NCBI RefSeq assembly: GCF_001194135.2
Contig: NC_068983.1
Span: forward strand, 163,943,813 to 164,007,812
Direction of reading: 5' to 3'
Source: Octopus bimaculoides
Taxonomy: Eukaryota
Length of the DNA: 64,000 nt
Part shown: piece after piece, positions 13,951 through 27,166 of the stretch
Position numbering within the stretch: position 1 is the first letter of the stretch
Layout: the number at the start of each line of letters is the position of its first letter
Translations under genes and position numbers: made by a program
Notes under the pieces: model-generated
Seen by the model: only the letters and a program-made list of their open reading frames with translations
The model's database searches: none
What the model was told of the DNA's origin: nothing

Positions 13951-15313
13951 CACACACACAAACACAGACGAACCAGTGTATTAAGTTGCTTAATTTGTCA
14001 GAAGTAGCAGTCAAATCTCTCTCCCTCAAATCACACTCTATTGTGCCCCAAAGAAGGAACACATTGGATAAGATTATCTTAGATTCACGTTCTTTATAAA
14101 AGACGGTGAGGTGGTCCAGGCTAGAGTGCTCTTGGTCATTGGTTTGTTTAATCAATGACATAGGAACACGCTAGTTTGATGAAGAGTCTCTCACAATTCC
14201 TTTTTCGGTTCTCATTTAAAATGAACTAAGGGGTAATAACTCAAATAGACCAACAGTATAAGTTTGAATGAATGCGATAGGTTGTCATGAGCTGAATATC
14301 GTATGCAAAAACTTTCTGATTTGAAATTACCTCTTAGTTCGAGAAAGACAACAAATACCTAGCGGTAATTGTTAGCAACGCACAAAGAAAAAGGGAGAAA
14401 ATTACAAGAAATTCATACTTCAAATTTACATGTTTTGAAGAAAGAAAATGGGATCTGTGAAGCGATGGACGGCTATAGAGATATTTCGTTCTGTTAGATT
14501 TCGTCAGCGAAGCTTAGTCTAACCAAAACTGCCAATCTGTTAACAGAGATTTTACGTTCAGATAAAGAGTTAGAAATAAATTTTGACCAGTATATATTGC
14601 ATAACTAAAATATAAGATTACATCCACATAATTTTATAAAAACATTAGATAAAACATATTTCTTTTGATCATAGGATACAACGTCTGCTCTTTGAAGTGT
14701 TGCGCTCAAATGAAAACAACATAACAACCATGCGCTTCAGAGCAGAGATTTTTCTGTAAATGTTTTATCTTCCGCTCTGATATCACTGATTTTATTTCAA
14801 ACAAATATATATTTAAAATGTATTTAAATGGATTTAAGTAATAATCATGAGAGATTAGAATATAGAACCGATTTTACAAACATGCTGTAGCAAGTATATG
14901 TTGCATATATAGATATGTAGATATATAGGTGTATAGGTGTATATGTATGTGTGCGTGCATATTTGCATGTATTTCCGGAAATGGAAAGTTCTATAGGAAT
15001 TGTGACTAGTAGTATAATGTTGCGATTCGTCAGACTGAATGAATATTTTGAGAATTTTAGTGTATATTTGTACGTAATGGGGGTCTTCTCTGAAAAGTAC
15101 AGAGAGAAATGTTGTAATACAAGAAGGTAAAGGTTGACTGGATTTGAGGCGTTGAAATGGGAGTGAAGGCGGTGCATCTTTGTTGCAGGGTGTTCCGGCT
15201 AAATTTGACTGTTGGCATAAAATGAAAATAAAGCACAATATATCATTCAAAGATAAAAGTATTTTAGAGAATAGAGAAACATTTCAACTGGATTATGGCT
15301 GGGAGATAACAGT

Positions 15314-15534
15314 TTACGCAAAGTAGCTACCATCAGTTCCCATCATGGCCTTAAGACAGCTCCAGAACTCGGCACGTGTTCCTCACTGTATCTCTGTGAT
15401 GATCTTTGAACACCTCCTTGATCTTGGTCAATACCTTTGCCTTGATATTGCAGGCAGAATGGTTGGGTGTGAAGACAACTACGCTCTACATAGTAATCCA
15501 TGGGTTTAGTCATCCAATTAGGAGGTCAGAAATT
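15314..15534 (-). mobile_element. Decayed Tc1/mariner-superfamily transposase C-terminal fragment
   Basis: Minus-strand translation resembles NF*PPN...PMDYYV.SVV...KIKEVFKDHHRDTVRNTC...LKAMMGTDGSYFA*, similar to the WPPNSPD.NPLDY...A...A.G.YFE ends of this superfamily. Confidence 0.55.
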
Positions 15535-16044
15535 GAGGCTGGTGAGGTTTAAAAATCCATGGGTTTACAATCGGGGAAAATAGGAGGCCAACAATTAGGG
15601 CGGGTGAGGTTTAAAAAAGTCTCTGACAACCACTTCTGACAATTTCTGAAGGTGTGATAAAGAGCCACATCCTGCTGCCATACATATGGCCTTCCAGCGG
15701 CAACCCCCTTCGGTCAGGGCTGATCCATGTGGGAGTGAACGTCAACCCACTTACATCTGGTGTAGCTATTCTCAGTTATTTTCAGGTTTTCCCACATAAT
15801 CATAGATGTAACTGGGAGGTAACAAGCTTGCCTACCAACCACATGGTTTCGGATTCAGTTCCTCTGTCTGGTACCTTTACCAAGTCTCTACTGTTGCCTC
15901 AAGTGTCCAAAGCCTTGTGAGTGAATTTGGTGACCGGAAACTGAAAGAAACCCGTCATATGTATATATACGTACATACATACATACATACATACACATAT
16001 ATATATATATATTTATATATGACGGGTTTATTGCACTCTTTTAC

Positions 16045-16250
16045 ACGTTTCAGTCGTTTGACTGCGGCCATGCTGGAGCACCGCCTTTAGTCGAACAAAT
16101 CGACCCCAGGACTTATTCTTTGGAAGCCTAGTACTTATTCTACCGGTCTCTTATGCCGAACCGCTTAGTTACGGGGACGTAAACGCACCAGCATCGATTG
16201 TCAAGGGATGGTGTGAGGACAAACACAGAGACACAAGCATACACACGCAC
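16045..16250 (+). repeat. Interspersed repeat family D (partial minus copy at 26303-26372)
   Basis: cagtcgtttgactgcggccatgctggagcaccgcctttagtcgaacaaatcgac is present in both orientations in the window. Confidence 0.7.
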
Positions 16251-16911
16251 ACACATACACACACATATACACAACGGACTTCTCTCAGTCTTCATCTACC
16301 AAATCCATTCATAAGGCATTGGTAAGCTCGAGGCTATAGTAGAAGACACTTACCCAATTTGTTTCCTTACACATTCACTCACCCTGATCATCGCATATTC
16401 TAACCTCAACACTACACACCTTATAATATTACGGCCGAGCAAACACCCACAACCAGAACCACGTCACGTCACATCCGCCATTCTCGTCACATCCGCCATT
16501 CTCGTCACCTTACGTACTATTCAGAAAGGTCCTCNNNNNNNNNNNNNNNNNNNNNNNNNNNNNNNNNNNNNNNNNNNNNNNNNNNNNNNNNNNNNNNNNN
16601 NNNNNNNNNNNNNNNNNNNNNNNNNNNNNNNNNNNNNNNNNNNNNNNNNNNNNNNNNNNNNNNNNNNNNNNNNNNNNNNNNNNNNNNNNNNNNNNNNNNN
16701 NNNNNNNNNNNNNNNNNNNNNNNNNNNNNNNNNNNNNNNNNNNNNNNNNNNNNNNNNNNNNNNNNNNNNNNNNNNNNNNNNNNNNNNNNNNNNNNNNNNN
16801 NNNNNNNNNNNNNNNNNNNNNNNNNNNNNNNNNNNNNNNNNNNNNNNNNNNNNNNNNNNNNNNNNNNNNNNNNNNNNNNNNNNNNNNNNNNNNNNNNNNN
16901 NNNNNNNNNNN

Positions 16912-16988
<77 letters not shown>

Positions 16989-18804
16989 TGTATGTATATC
17001 AATGCCGGAGTAAAAAAGAGAGTGTTATTGTGAAAATTCTAGAAGACTAAAAATATTCAGATTGTAAACAACATAAAAACAACACCACATTGTTTTTACA
17101 AAGGATAATTTTATAATTTTAAAAATAAACAGCGTTCTATGGTTATGTTCTGGCTGTCTGATAACGTAAATGGCCACCGCATTCTTTCATCTGTGAGGTG
17201 TGAGGAAACAGTGATCAGACGAAACTATGAAACATAAAATTATTATAGATCATGTAGAAACTTGTCTTCCAGCGTCTATTTTAAGTTGTAAAATAAGAGA
17301 AAAAATATACAATCACTTGATACATAGTTTCACAATTTTCACATCTCTAATATACGATATATATTTTTATCTTCTAAAGGCTTATAAGATATCGATAGCA
17401 TATGAACCGATTCAATATTCTACGAAGCAGCAGTTTTTTTGTGTATTGATAGATCTCTCCCAATGTATTCTATATGAAGGTATCCGCTGCCTTGAATAGA
17501 ACTATGCATAGATCGTATGTTCACCTTCTCAGTAATTTTATCCAAAGAGATAAGTCTGCGAGGAGAAACATAATTGTGAATTTGTATATATAGCAATGTA
17601 TTAGACACTATTATCTTCCTAATTGTGATATGAAACTTAGAATACACTAATCAAAGGCGCCCTATGCAGTGTTGAATGCAATATAAGCGTTTACTATCAT
17701 ATTTAAGGTGTTCATGTGCACTCGGACGTGGTAAGACATACACTGCAGAAATTGTCTCAAGAGAAAAATTCTCCTTATAGACAATATGTGTGAAAAGCAG
17801 TCCACAGGGCTACAATAATGTCAGTACAGTAGTGCGCATGCGTTTCTACCTTATAGCAAATACATCGTTAATAATGAATACTGAAGCATTCTTCAGAGCC
17901 TCTAAGAACAGGTTGTCCTTATATTAGAACAGCAAATGGTATATTTGCTGTTGAACACGAAGTTTTGTTGAACTGAAATTAATTAGAGGCGCACTTAGCA
18001 GAAGTTTATCCAGTCATAGTGAGACACGCGCTGCAGAAACTGTCTCGAGAGAATTTTTTTTTCTTATAGACAGCATGTATGAAAAAACAGATATTTTAGT
18101 TAGAATAGTGTCAATGGACCGTAGGACGCATGCGCTTCTGCATCATTTATTATAAATAATAATTATACGATTGAAGTTCTGCTTAGGATTTCGGTCTTGA
18201 GATCTGAGTCACTTCCTGTGCCTGTTATACAGTTAAAATTTCAAGTAATCCAAGTCAAGGTGGTTTACAAAATCTTGGTCTTACTCGAGAGTGTCCAGGA
18301 GATTAAACCCTGAAAACCCTTTGAGCAAACTCTGTATTGATATAGGGGAAAATCTATAATTAGAGATGGTTTATATGGAGCTGTAAAAGAAAAGCAATAA
18401 GCCATTGATGTCTTTATAAAAGTTGTTGACTTTTTGATCGTTGATGTATTTGCCATTAGAATCTTTGCCGATTGTGACGTAGGAACCTTCCAAGAAGAAT
18501 AGTCTTGTCAACGGGTTGATGATTAAGAATACTTAATGTACGTCGTCAGGAATCTGGCTTTGTTCTCAACACTATTGCATCACTTCTAACTCAATGGCGC
18601 ACAAAAGGAAGCAATGCATTCTTTGAAATTCCAAATACTAGTTTTAGCGAGAACAGAGACAAGATGCATTTAGATTTAAAACTCAGCTGGTTTTACTTTC
18701 AACCATTCTCATTTTTATCTAATCTAAAACAAAGTTTAAGCAATCAGTTTCTTCTTTCAAGTCCTTTCTCACCTAAACGATTTTCTGATTGTGTGACTGA
18801 TTTC

Positions 18805-18950
18805 AAATTTTGGCACAAGGCAAGCAGCTTCAGCGGAATATGTAAGTCGTTTACATCGATCCAATGTTCAACTGGTACTTATTGGAGGAATTTGAACGCA
18901 AAACATAAAGACAGACAGAGGCGTGCTAACGATTATGCCAGCTCACTGTC
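18805..18950 (-). mobile_element. Partial SINE family A copy
   Basis: ttcaactggtacttatt...aatttgaac...gctaacgattatgccagctcac. Confidence 0.6.
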
Positions 18951-20213
18951 TTAGCAAGTTCTATGGTAATTTAACAAATAAAAATGATTCCAATAAGTTC
19001 TCCAAATTTATTGCCGCATTCTTAATTAAAAATATCTGAAATACATCAGATAAGAATAAAAACGATACAGAACATCACATACAGTTTCCAAATAATGATT
19101 GTTAATTAAGGAACAGTGCTTTCTGATATTACTTCTGTAGATGTTTTTGCTGTGTAGATGTTGTTGTGGTTGTTGTAATTGTTAATATAATAATACTACT
19201 GACTTTGGTCATAAAACATTTGAAGGAAAAACAGCAACCGAAAAAAGAAATTTGGTAGATGTGGAAGTAGCGAGGATTCGAAAAAGATGAGCAAAACAGA
19301 GGAATACAGAGAATAAGATTTAGTGGGGTGGGGTGGGGTGAAGATGTAAGAAGCAAAGGAGAAAGATGAGGATGGGAAAAAAGTGAATAAAGTAAATAAA
19401 TAAAAAGATAAAAAGAAAGGTACAAATGTTGAATAGGAAAAGAAATTGCAGATAGGGTTAAATAATGAAGATCAAGGTTTTAAAAAATGAGGGGGAGGAG
19501 GAGGAGGAGAAGAAGAAGAAGAAGAAGAAGAAGAAGAAGAAGAAGAAGAAGAAGAAGAAGAAGAAGAAAGTAGCAGCAGTAGCGACAGTAGTAGTACATG
19601 AGAATTGAGTATAAGAATAGGAAAAAGAACAGAGAGGAGGAAAGGGAGAACAATATCAAATTGATCGGAACACCTTTGATTAAGAAAGTTTTTTTTGTAA
19701 AGAATTTAAAAAAAAAAAAGAAAAATATTTACCATTTATACAATTCCTTCAAAAATTCAATAAACGCTGAACCTGAATTCTTCAATTGTTGAATATCTGT
19801 CACTTTTACCTTTTTTCCCGTCTGTTGGAAACAATGGAACAATATTGTAACATGAGTTGAATAATGTAACCTTTCTATTCCGATGAATGTCTTTCAATGT
19901 ATTTATTTACAGATCCTTTCATAAATAAATCTTTCTAAATCCTATCCAAGCTTGATGTAAATCATTGGTAGGTGAACAACGATACATTAAGAGACACTCG
20001 ACTGCCTGGCGTAAAGACGGGAGCAAAACATGAGCTGCATAAAAATATTTGACGAGTAAATAAAATAAAACAAAAGTTTAATACTGTTATGAAATAAAGT
20101 AAATAAAATAATAAAACTAAGTTCAAAGCAGCAGAAATGGTATTTATTGTGGCATTATATTGCTCTTTCACGTCTCTGCCAGGCCGCCCCATATTCTATC
20201 GATATTGGACAGT

Positions 20214-20283
20214 AAATACATACATACATACATACATACATACACACATACATACATACATACATTATCTATTGACTGTCTGT

Positions 20284-20372
<89 letters not shown>

Positions 20373-20552
20373 GCTGTATACACACAAATGTACAAAGTGT
20401 GTGTATACATGTGTGTATCTATATATTTATGTATATATCTATGTCATTTCTAAGTATATATACCTGCACGTATGTATGTATACACACACACACACACATA
20501 CATACACACATACATACATACATACATACATACATACATACATACATACAAA
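20214..20552. repeat. Compound microsatellite (TACA)/(TATC)/(TGTC)/(CA)/(TACA)
   Basis: Direct reading. Many similar tracts occur throughout, e.g. 13227-13440, 19500-19570, 26423-26715, 28266-28340, 32160-32257, 43626-43760, 47382-47690. Confidence 0.95.
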
Positions 20553-21937
20553 AATACATACATGAGATCCGAGCCATTGATGTGAAAATACGGAATATAC
20601 TAACAAACACACATAAGCAGTGATGTAGACCACCTCTACCTAAAAGGAAAAAAAGGCGGCAGAGGCTTAACATCGATCCAAAACGCCTTTGAATGTCGTA
20701 TCATATCCCTTCGGCAACATCTTTTAACCACCAATTGTCGAAGTGCATCCCTTGACCAAATTTCCATACATGAGGCTGATAACATCATAAGACTTAGAAG
20801 GCAGGTCGTTGAGCAATATTCCTTGTCTGATAACCTAGAATACAAGCCCAAAGAAGTAGCACAACTCTACTGCAACATATCATCAGATGAAAGGATGAGG
20901 CTATATGAGCAGAAGGCTACGCATAGATATGTTAGAAGAAAGCTTCGTGATGATAGTAACATCGATCATCAAAGCAATTTCTCACGGACTAATAGCCGGA
21001 TTACTACCTCCCACTTTGAAGGGTATAACTTTGAAATCCAGGAACAGGAAATATCAACCAAGTACATGATGCACAAAAGAGATAGAGATGCGGGAAAACC
21101 TGTAAAATGTGACAACCGATGCTGACTTTGTGGAGTTCACACTGAAGATATCACCCACATCATAAGCAGTTGTACGAAAATTTCATCATGGTATTATCTG
21201 CCGATGAGACATGATGTTGTAGCTAGGACACTTTATTATGAAATTCGTCGGAAGGATAGTCCCGAGGACAAAGAAATAAGAACCCACAATATGGTAGAAG
21301 CCATAGCCATTCATAATAATAAAAAAAAAGGAATGCTGGTTGAATGCCCCCGTGAAGACCTCAAAAAATGTAAGAACAACAGACCTGATATAATGATTTG
21401 GGATAGAGAAGAGAAACTGTATACAGTTGTGGAAATTAGCTGCCCAGCGGATGTTTACATCAGTGAAAAAGAGAACACCTATGCTGAACTATTGAAAAAT
21501 CTGCAGTTACTCTATCCAGATTACAAGTTCAGGTTTATACCTGTAATTATTGGGGCCCTGGGATATGTAACACACTGCCTAAATACCAATCTTGAGAAAT
21601 TAGGCTTCTCAAAATCACAAAGGAGACAGCTAATTCGAAGACTACAGATCTAAGCCATTACCAGAACGGTAAAAATCTGTAAAACTTTCCAGAAGTTTAT
21701 CATTTAAATATATATATGTCTAGATATGCAAGTGTATGCATGAGAATACATACATAAAACATACAGATCTGCACATACATAAATACGTACATACATGCAT
21801 GCATACATACATACATACATACATACATACATACAAAAATAGACTTGTTCATGTTGAAATTCCAATGAAGGAACCTTGGATCTAGGTTAGAAACCGGTTC
21901 TTTCTCTATTACCAAAAAATCTTGAAATAAACTGACT
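20553..21937 (+). mobile_element. 5'-truncated R4/Dong-like REL retrotransposon, (TACA)n-associated family
   Basis: Decayed ORF: DVDHLYLKGKKGGRG, C.LCGVHTEDITHIISSC, RHDVVAR, NRPDIMIWDREEKLYTVVEISCPAD, FIPVIIGALG. The 5' junction is in (TACA)n. The 3'UTR carries an internal (TACA)n and then a conserved ~100-bp tail. Confidence 0.88.
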
Positions 21938-22537
21938 AACGACACACACACACACAAACACAAACACACACACACACGCGCGCACATAGATGATCAGGTT
22001 TATCTTTCCTTACCCAGTAATTTCCTTGAACGAAGCCGTATAGGATTGTCTCCTCTGGATCAATACGTACTGCAAAAGAACCAAATAAATACGCACAAAT
22101 GGACATAAATGCTACAGCGAAGGACATTAGGACACTTATGCAGCAGAAGCACGTTTTGGATTAGAATCGAATGGGAATTTAACGAGAAGAAAACTGTAAT
22201 AAGCAAGTTTTGAAGATGTCTAATTCTCCATTCTTCTTTATGATGTCTCGATTCTAAACTCCTTATGCTGAACGAAATCCAACGAAGTAAACTCGGTATT
22301 TACTTATTGATTGAAGTAACATGTAATTGTTTATCTTAAACAATCCTACATGTTCCCTGTCATTTTATGTGGTTAGCCAGATATGGATTATAATATTACA
22401 GTGCTAATATTGTACCTACTCGGATTTCAAATCCCTATTCCTTTACATTATCTATCTATCTATCTATTTATATATCTATACATACGTACAAACACACACA
22501 CATATATACATAAATACATACACACACACACACACAC

Positions 22538-22572
<35 letters not shown>

Positions 22573-22720
22573 NNNNNNNNNNNNNNNNNNNNNNNNNNNN
22601 NNNNNNNNNNNNNNNNNNNNNNNNNNNNNNNNNNNNNNNNNNNNNNNNNNNNNNNNNNNNNNNNNNNNNNNNNNNNNNNNNNNNNNNNNNNNNNNNNNNN
22701 NNNNNNNAAATATACATGGA

Positions 22721-23207
22721 TTAGCATGAGTTGCTTCTCCAACATACTGAAAATTTAGAAATAGCAGTCAAATTACTACTGATTCCAAACTACAAATTTT
22801 TTTCTCTAACGGATGGCGATATTTATGGCACACACAGAACAAAAACAGAAGAGAAAAGCAAAAACAAACCTGCCTTTAGTTAATCGTGTACGACGTTTCA
22901 CGGTTAAGAGTATGAAGGTACTCTATTCCGATCATCAGCACAATATTCGAATAAATTTGAAAGTGTCTATATAACTCATGGGAATTTTGATCATGCGACA
23001 TCAAAAACAGATGAGGAAGGCACTTACAAAATTTATCGGCTAGTAAGTTCAAACACTTCACTCCAAAGAATCTATTCCATGTACGCCACAAATAGTGCCG
23101 CATAAATATCGCCATCCGTTAGAGAAAAAAATTTGTAGTTTGGAATCAGTAGTTCTTTGACTGCTATTTCTAAATTTTCAGTATGTTGGAGAAGCAACTC
23201 ATGCTAA
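22721..23207. mobile_element. MITE-like foldback element with ~107-bp near-perfect TIRs
   Basis: 22721-22827 is the reverse complement of ~23101-23207 with 2 mismatches. The ~265-bp interior has no recognisable ORF. The element lies between (TA)n runs and gaps. Confidence 0.8.
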
Positions 23208-23217
23208 NNNNNNNNNN

Positions 23218-23262
<45 letters not shown>

Positions 23263-23847
23263 GCTTATGAATTTGTGTTACTAGATTTCTGATGTAAACC
23301 TGGAAGCGTACAACGAAGATCTCTCAATTGCTGGACATGTTCCGTCGACTCGACCTACGTTCTAACCTGGGTATTTCTTACTGGAGCAGAGTGAGCGATA
23401 AAGAGGTGACGGGAAGTTTGCAGAATATGAAGACTAAGCGATGTAAATGGTTTACTGGTCATGTGAGGCGTGATTACTGCAAGAGAGACCTGCTACCATG
23501 GTGATAGAGTGAACGCCGGAAGGAGGAAAATGGCCGAGTGGAAGATGAAGGTATATGTGTCGTATGACATTCCGGAACGATATGATAATGATAGGAGTTG
23601 GCCAGACTGGAGCTAAGAAGAAAGCGAAGAATCGAGATGTTTAGAGAAGGCTCGCTGCCCGTTGACAGCATTGGAGGATCAAAGAGCTGAGAGAGAGATG
23701 CGTGCGCTCGTCCGTGTATGTGTGTGTGTGTTTGTGTGTGTGGTTGTGTGTGTGTGTGTTTGTCTGTGTGTTTATGTGTGTGTTTGTGTGTGCATTTGTG
23801 TGTGTGCTTGTGGCCTAGCGTTTTATTTGGACAAACACAAGTACTAG

Positions 23848-23893
<46 letters not shown>

Positions 23894-25048
23894 CGAGGGG
23901 CTTCGAGGGGCTTCGAGGGGCTTCGAGGAGCTTCGGCACACTTTCTTTCTACGAAATCCAACTCGAGACTATAGCAGACGGCACGTGCTCAAGGTGCCAC
24001 GCTGTGTGATAGAACCTAGAACCACATGGCTGCAAAGTGAATATTTTGACCGCAAATGCTTTCTTGTTAGTATTTACAAATACGAAACGATTAATCATAA
24101 ATACTGAGGTGAAACGTGTAAGATGCATCTTTGCAAATATATCTCCCAGGTTTGCATTAAGACATCACTGTTTAAGAATTAAAATCTGTTCCAATTAGTA
24201 TTGCAGCATCATTAGCTCCCTTCACAATATTGGTATGAGGCACACAAATCTATTTTAGATTCTGGAATTAAATTTGTTTACCTCTCAACACGGTTTGTAT
24301 TTGGCTGTGGTTCCAGATGGCTGCTTTGGCAAGAACTCAATTTAATGTGTACAACTCTGTATATTTGGAGGAGAATTGCTGTGCAGTTTTTAGGTTTTCT
24401 CTACAAATTTATAAATCCGGTCCATGTACAAGTTTTATTAATCTCCATGATTGAACATATGTATTGCGTGACTAAATTAACAATTGTTGAAAACTAATAA
24501 TTTATTAAAAACACGATTTTTATTTGTCTTTTTAAATTTAGTCATGTAATATTTAAGCACTAGCTGACTGCCATCAGCTTTTGAAAGCAAACGTTCTGAA
24601 TCACAAAAGATATCAAGAAATAAACAAATGAAATCTATTCATAATTTAGTAAATTTCAGTTAAATAAATTAGGTTTGAGCTACAATGTTGTTCATGTGCT
24701 GTTAGTAATTATATTTAAATTTTTAGATTTCGTTAAGATAAACACAACAGCATAAACATTTATTTGTTCAATGATATTAAAGTTGATCGGCTCCGAGTTG
24801 GATAACAATCCTTATTTATAAATTATCTATCAACAGAAATCATTTAGCGAAATATTCCTGTTCTTTTATCTTAAAAAGAAAACGAAATGGGTTCAGTTTT
24901 GATATTTCTAAAACCAATTTAATTAGATCAGTTTTGGAAGAGTTTTCTTTGTATATTAACTGTGGAAACTTGGTGTGAATATCTACGCACACACACAGAC
25001 ACACACACACAGACAGACACACAGACACACACACAGACACACACAGAC

Positions 25049-25131
25049 GAACTCACACACACACACGAACTCACACACACACACGAACTCACACACACAC
25101 ACGAACTCACACACACACGAACTCACACGCA
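25049..25131. repeat. ~16-bp minisatellite GAACTC(AC)n, about 5 copies
   Basis: Direct reading of the tandem gaactcacacacacac units. Confidence 0.85.
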
Positions 25132-25224
25132 CATCTACTCATAGACTTATTTATAGATGCACGCACTCTCACCCATATCTCTATATTTGTATGTATGTGC
25201 AAATACACACACAACTGTGCGCGC

Positions 25225-25266
<42 letters not shown>

Positions 25267-25839
25267 GTGTGTGTGTGCAAGCGTGTGGCCTTGTGGTTAG
25301 AGTATTCGGTTCACGATCCTAAGATCGTAAGTTCAATTCCCGGCAGAGAGTTGTGTCCTTGAGCAAGACACTTTATTCCACGTTGTTCCAGTCCACACAG
25401 ATGGCAAAAATGAGTTGTACCTGTTATTCAAAGGGGCCAACCATGTCACATTTTCTATCACAGAGAATATCCTTGAGAGCTATGTTAAGGGCACGTGTGT
25501 CTGTGGAGCGCTCAACCAATTTCCTATCAATTTCACGAGCCATCTGTTCCGTTGATTGGACCGACTGCAACTCTTGTGGTCGTCATCGATGGAGTGCCAA
25601 CTGACTTGAGACACTCCTCCTGCCTTCGGTTCGATTTTCTCCTCTAATATAATATATACTGGCTAGAACGAAACCTTAATAGGGATCCCTAGATCCAGCC
25701 TTAGCTGTGATCTTGGAACAGTTAGGTCGACCGACTATACCACTTACCCATTCGTTTAGATCACAACTGAACTAAGCCCCTCATATTCTACACACGCGAA
25801 CACACACACACAATCACATGCACACACGCACATATATTG

Positions 25840-26000
25840 TCGCAGGAGTGGCTGTGTGGTAAGTAGCTTGCTTACCAACCACATGGTTCCGGGTTCAGTT
25901 CCACTGCGTGTCACCTTCGGCAAGTGTCTTCTACTATAACTTCGGGCCGATTAAAGCCTTGTGAGTGGATTTGGTAGACGGAAACTGAAAGAAGCCTGTC
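25840..26000 (+). mobile_element. SINE family C (other copies ~15805-15960 plus, ~16272-16352 minus, ~23955-24062 minus, ~57565-57710 minus)
   Basis: gcaggagtggctgtgtggtaagtagcttgcttaccaaccacatggttccgggttcagttccactgcg...gccttgtgagtggatttggtagacggaaactgaaagaagcc, ending in a (TA)-rich tail. Confidence 0.8.
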
Positions 26001-26418
26001 ATACATATATATATATATATANNNNNNNNNNNNNNNNNNNNNNNNNNNNNNNNNNNNNNNNNNNNNNNNNNNNNNNNNNNNNNNNNNNNNNNNNNNNNNN
26101 NNNNNNNNNNNNNNNNNNNNNNNNNNNNNNNNNNNNNNNNNNNNNNNNNNNNNNNNNNNNNNNNNNNNNNNNNNNNNNNNNNNNNNNNNNNNNNNNNNNN
26201 NNNNNNNNNNNNNNNNNNNNNNNNNNNNNNNNNNNNNNNNNNNNNNNNNNNNNNNNNNNNNNNNNNNNNNNNNNNNNNNNNNNNNNNNNNNNNNNNNNNN
26301 NNGTCGATTTGTTCGACTAAAGGCGGTGCTCCAGCATGGCCGCAGTCAAATGACTGAAACAAGTAAAAGAATGGTCCGAGAAAAGTACGTGTGCCGTTAC
26401 TGGCTGCAGTGAATGCAC

Positions 26419-26497
<79 letters not shown>

Positions 26498-26665
26498 TAT
26501 GTATGTATGTATGTATGTATGCATATATGTATGTATATTATGTATATTTTCTTAGACACACTGTTGTTTGTATTCGTACTTCAGCTTCTATAGTTTTAGT
26601 AGATATATGTGTGAGTGCGTCATCCATCCAACCTTCCATCCATCCATCCAACCATCCAACCATCC

Positions 26666-26713
<48 letters not shown>

Positions 26714-27117
26714 CGCTCTTCCTCCCTCTCTCCCACCCTCTCTGCCCCCTCTCTCTCTCTAGCCACCCTTTTTTAAAAATCTATACACTCTCGCACAGAC
26801 ACACACACATATATATAAGAGAGGAAGAGAGAGAGAGAGATTAATGTTTTTTCAGTAAGACTAATGTTTTTTACGGTAAAACTTTTATACCATAACATCT
26901 TTTATGTGAAAATATTTTGTATCTTTATTTTCATATATATTGTTATAGACACCTAATAGAAATATTTACGTCCAATGTTAAAAAAATAAAAATTGCTTTA
27001 TTCATATGTATATGTAAACATTTAGCGTATTTTCGACCAATCTGATTTTCTCCCAACTGTCTATGCGCGCGGGCGCGTTACTGTCTCTGTGTGTTTGTGT
27101 GTGTGTGTGCGTTTGTG

Positions 27118-27166
<49 letters not shown>

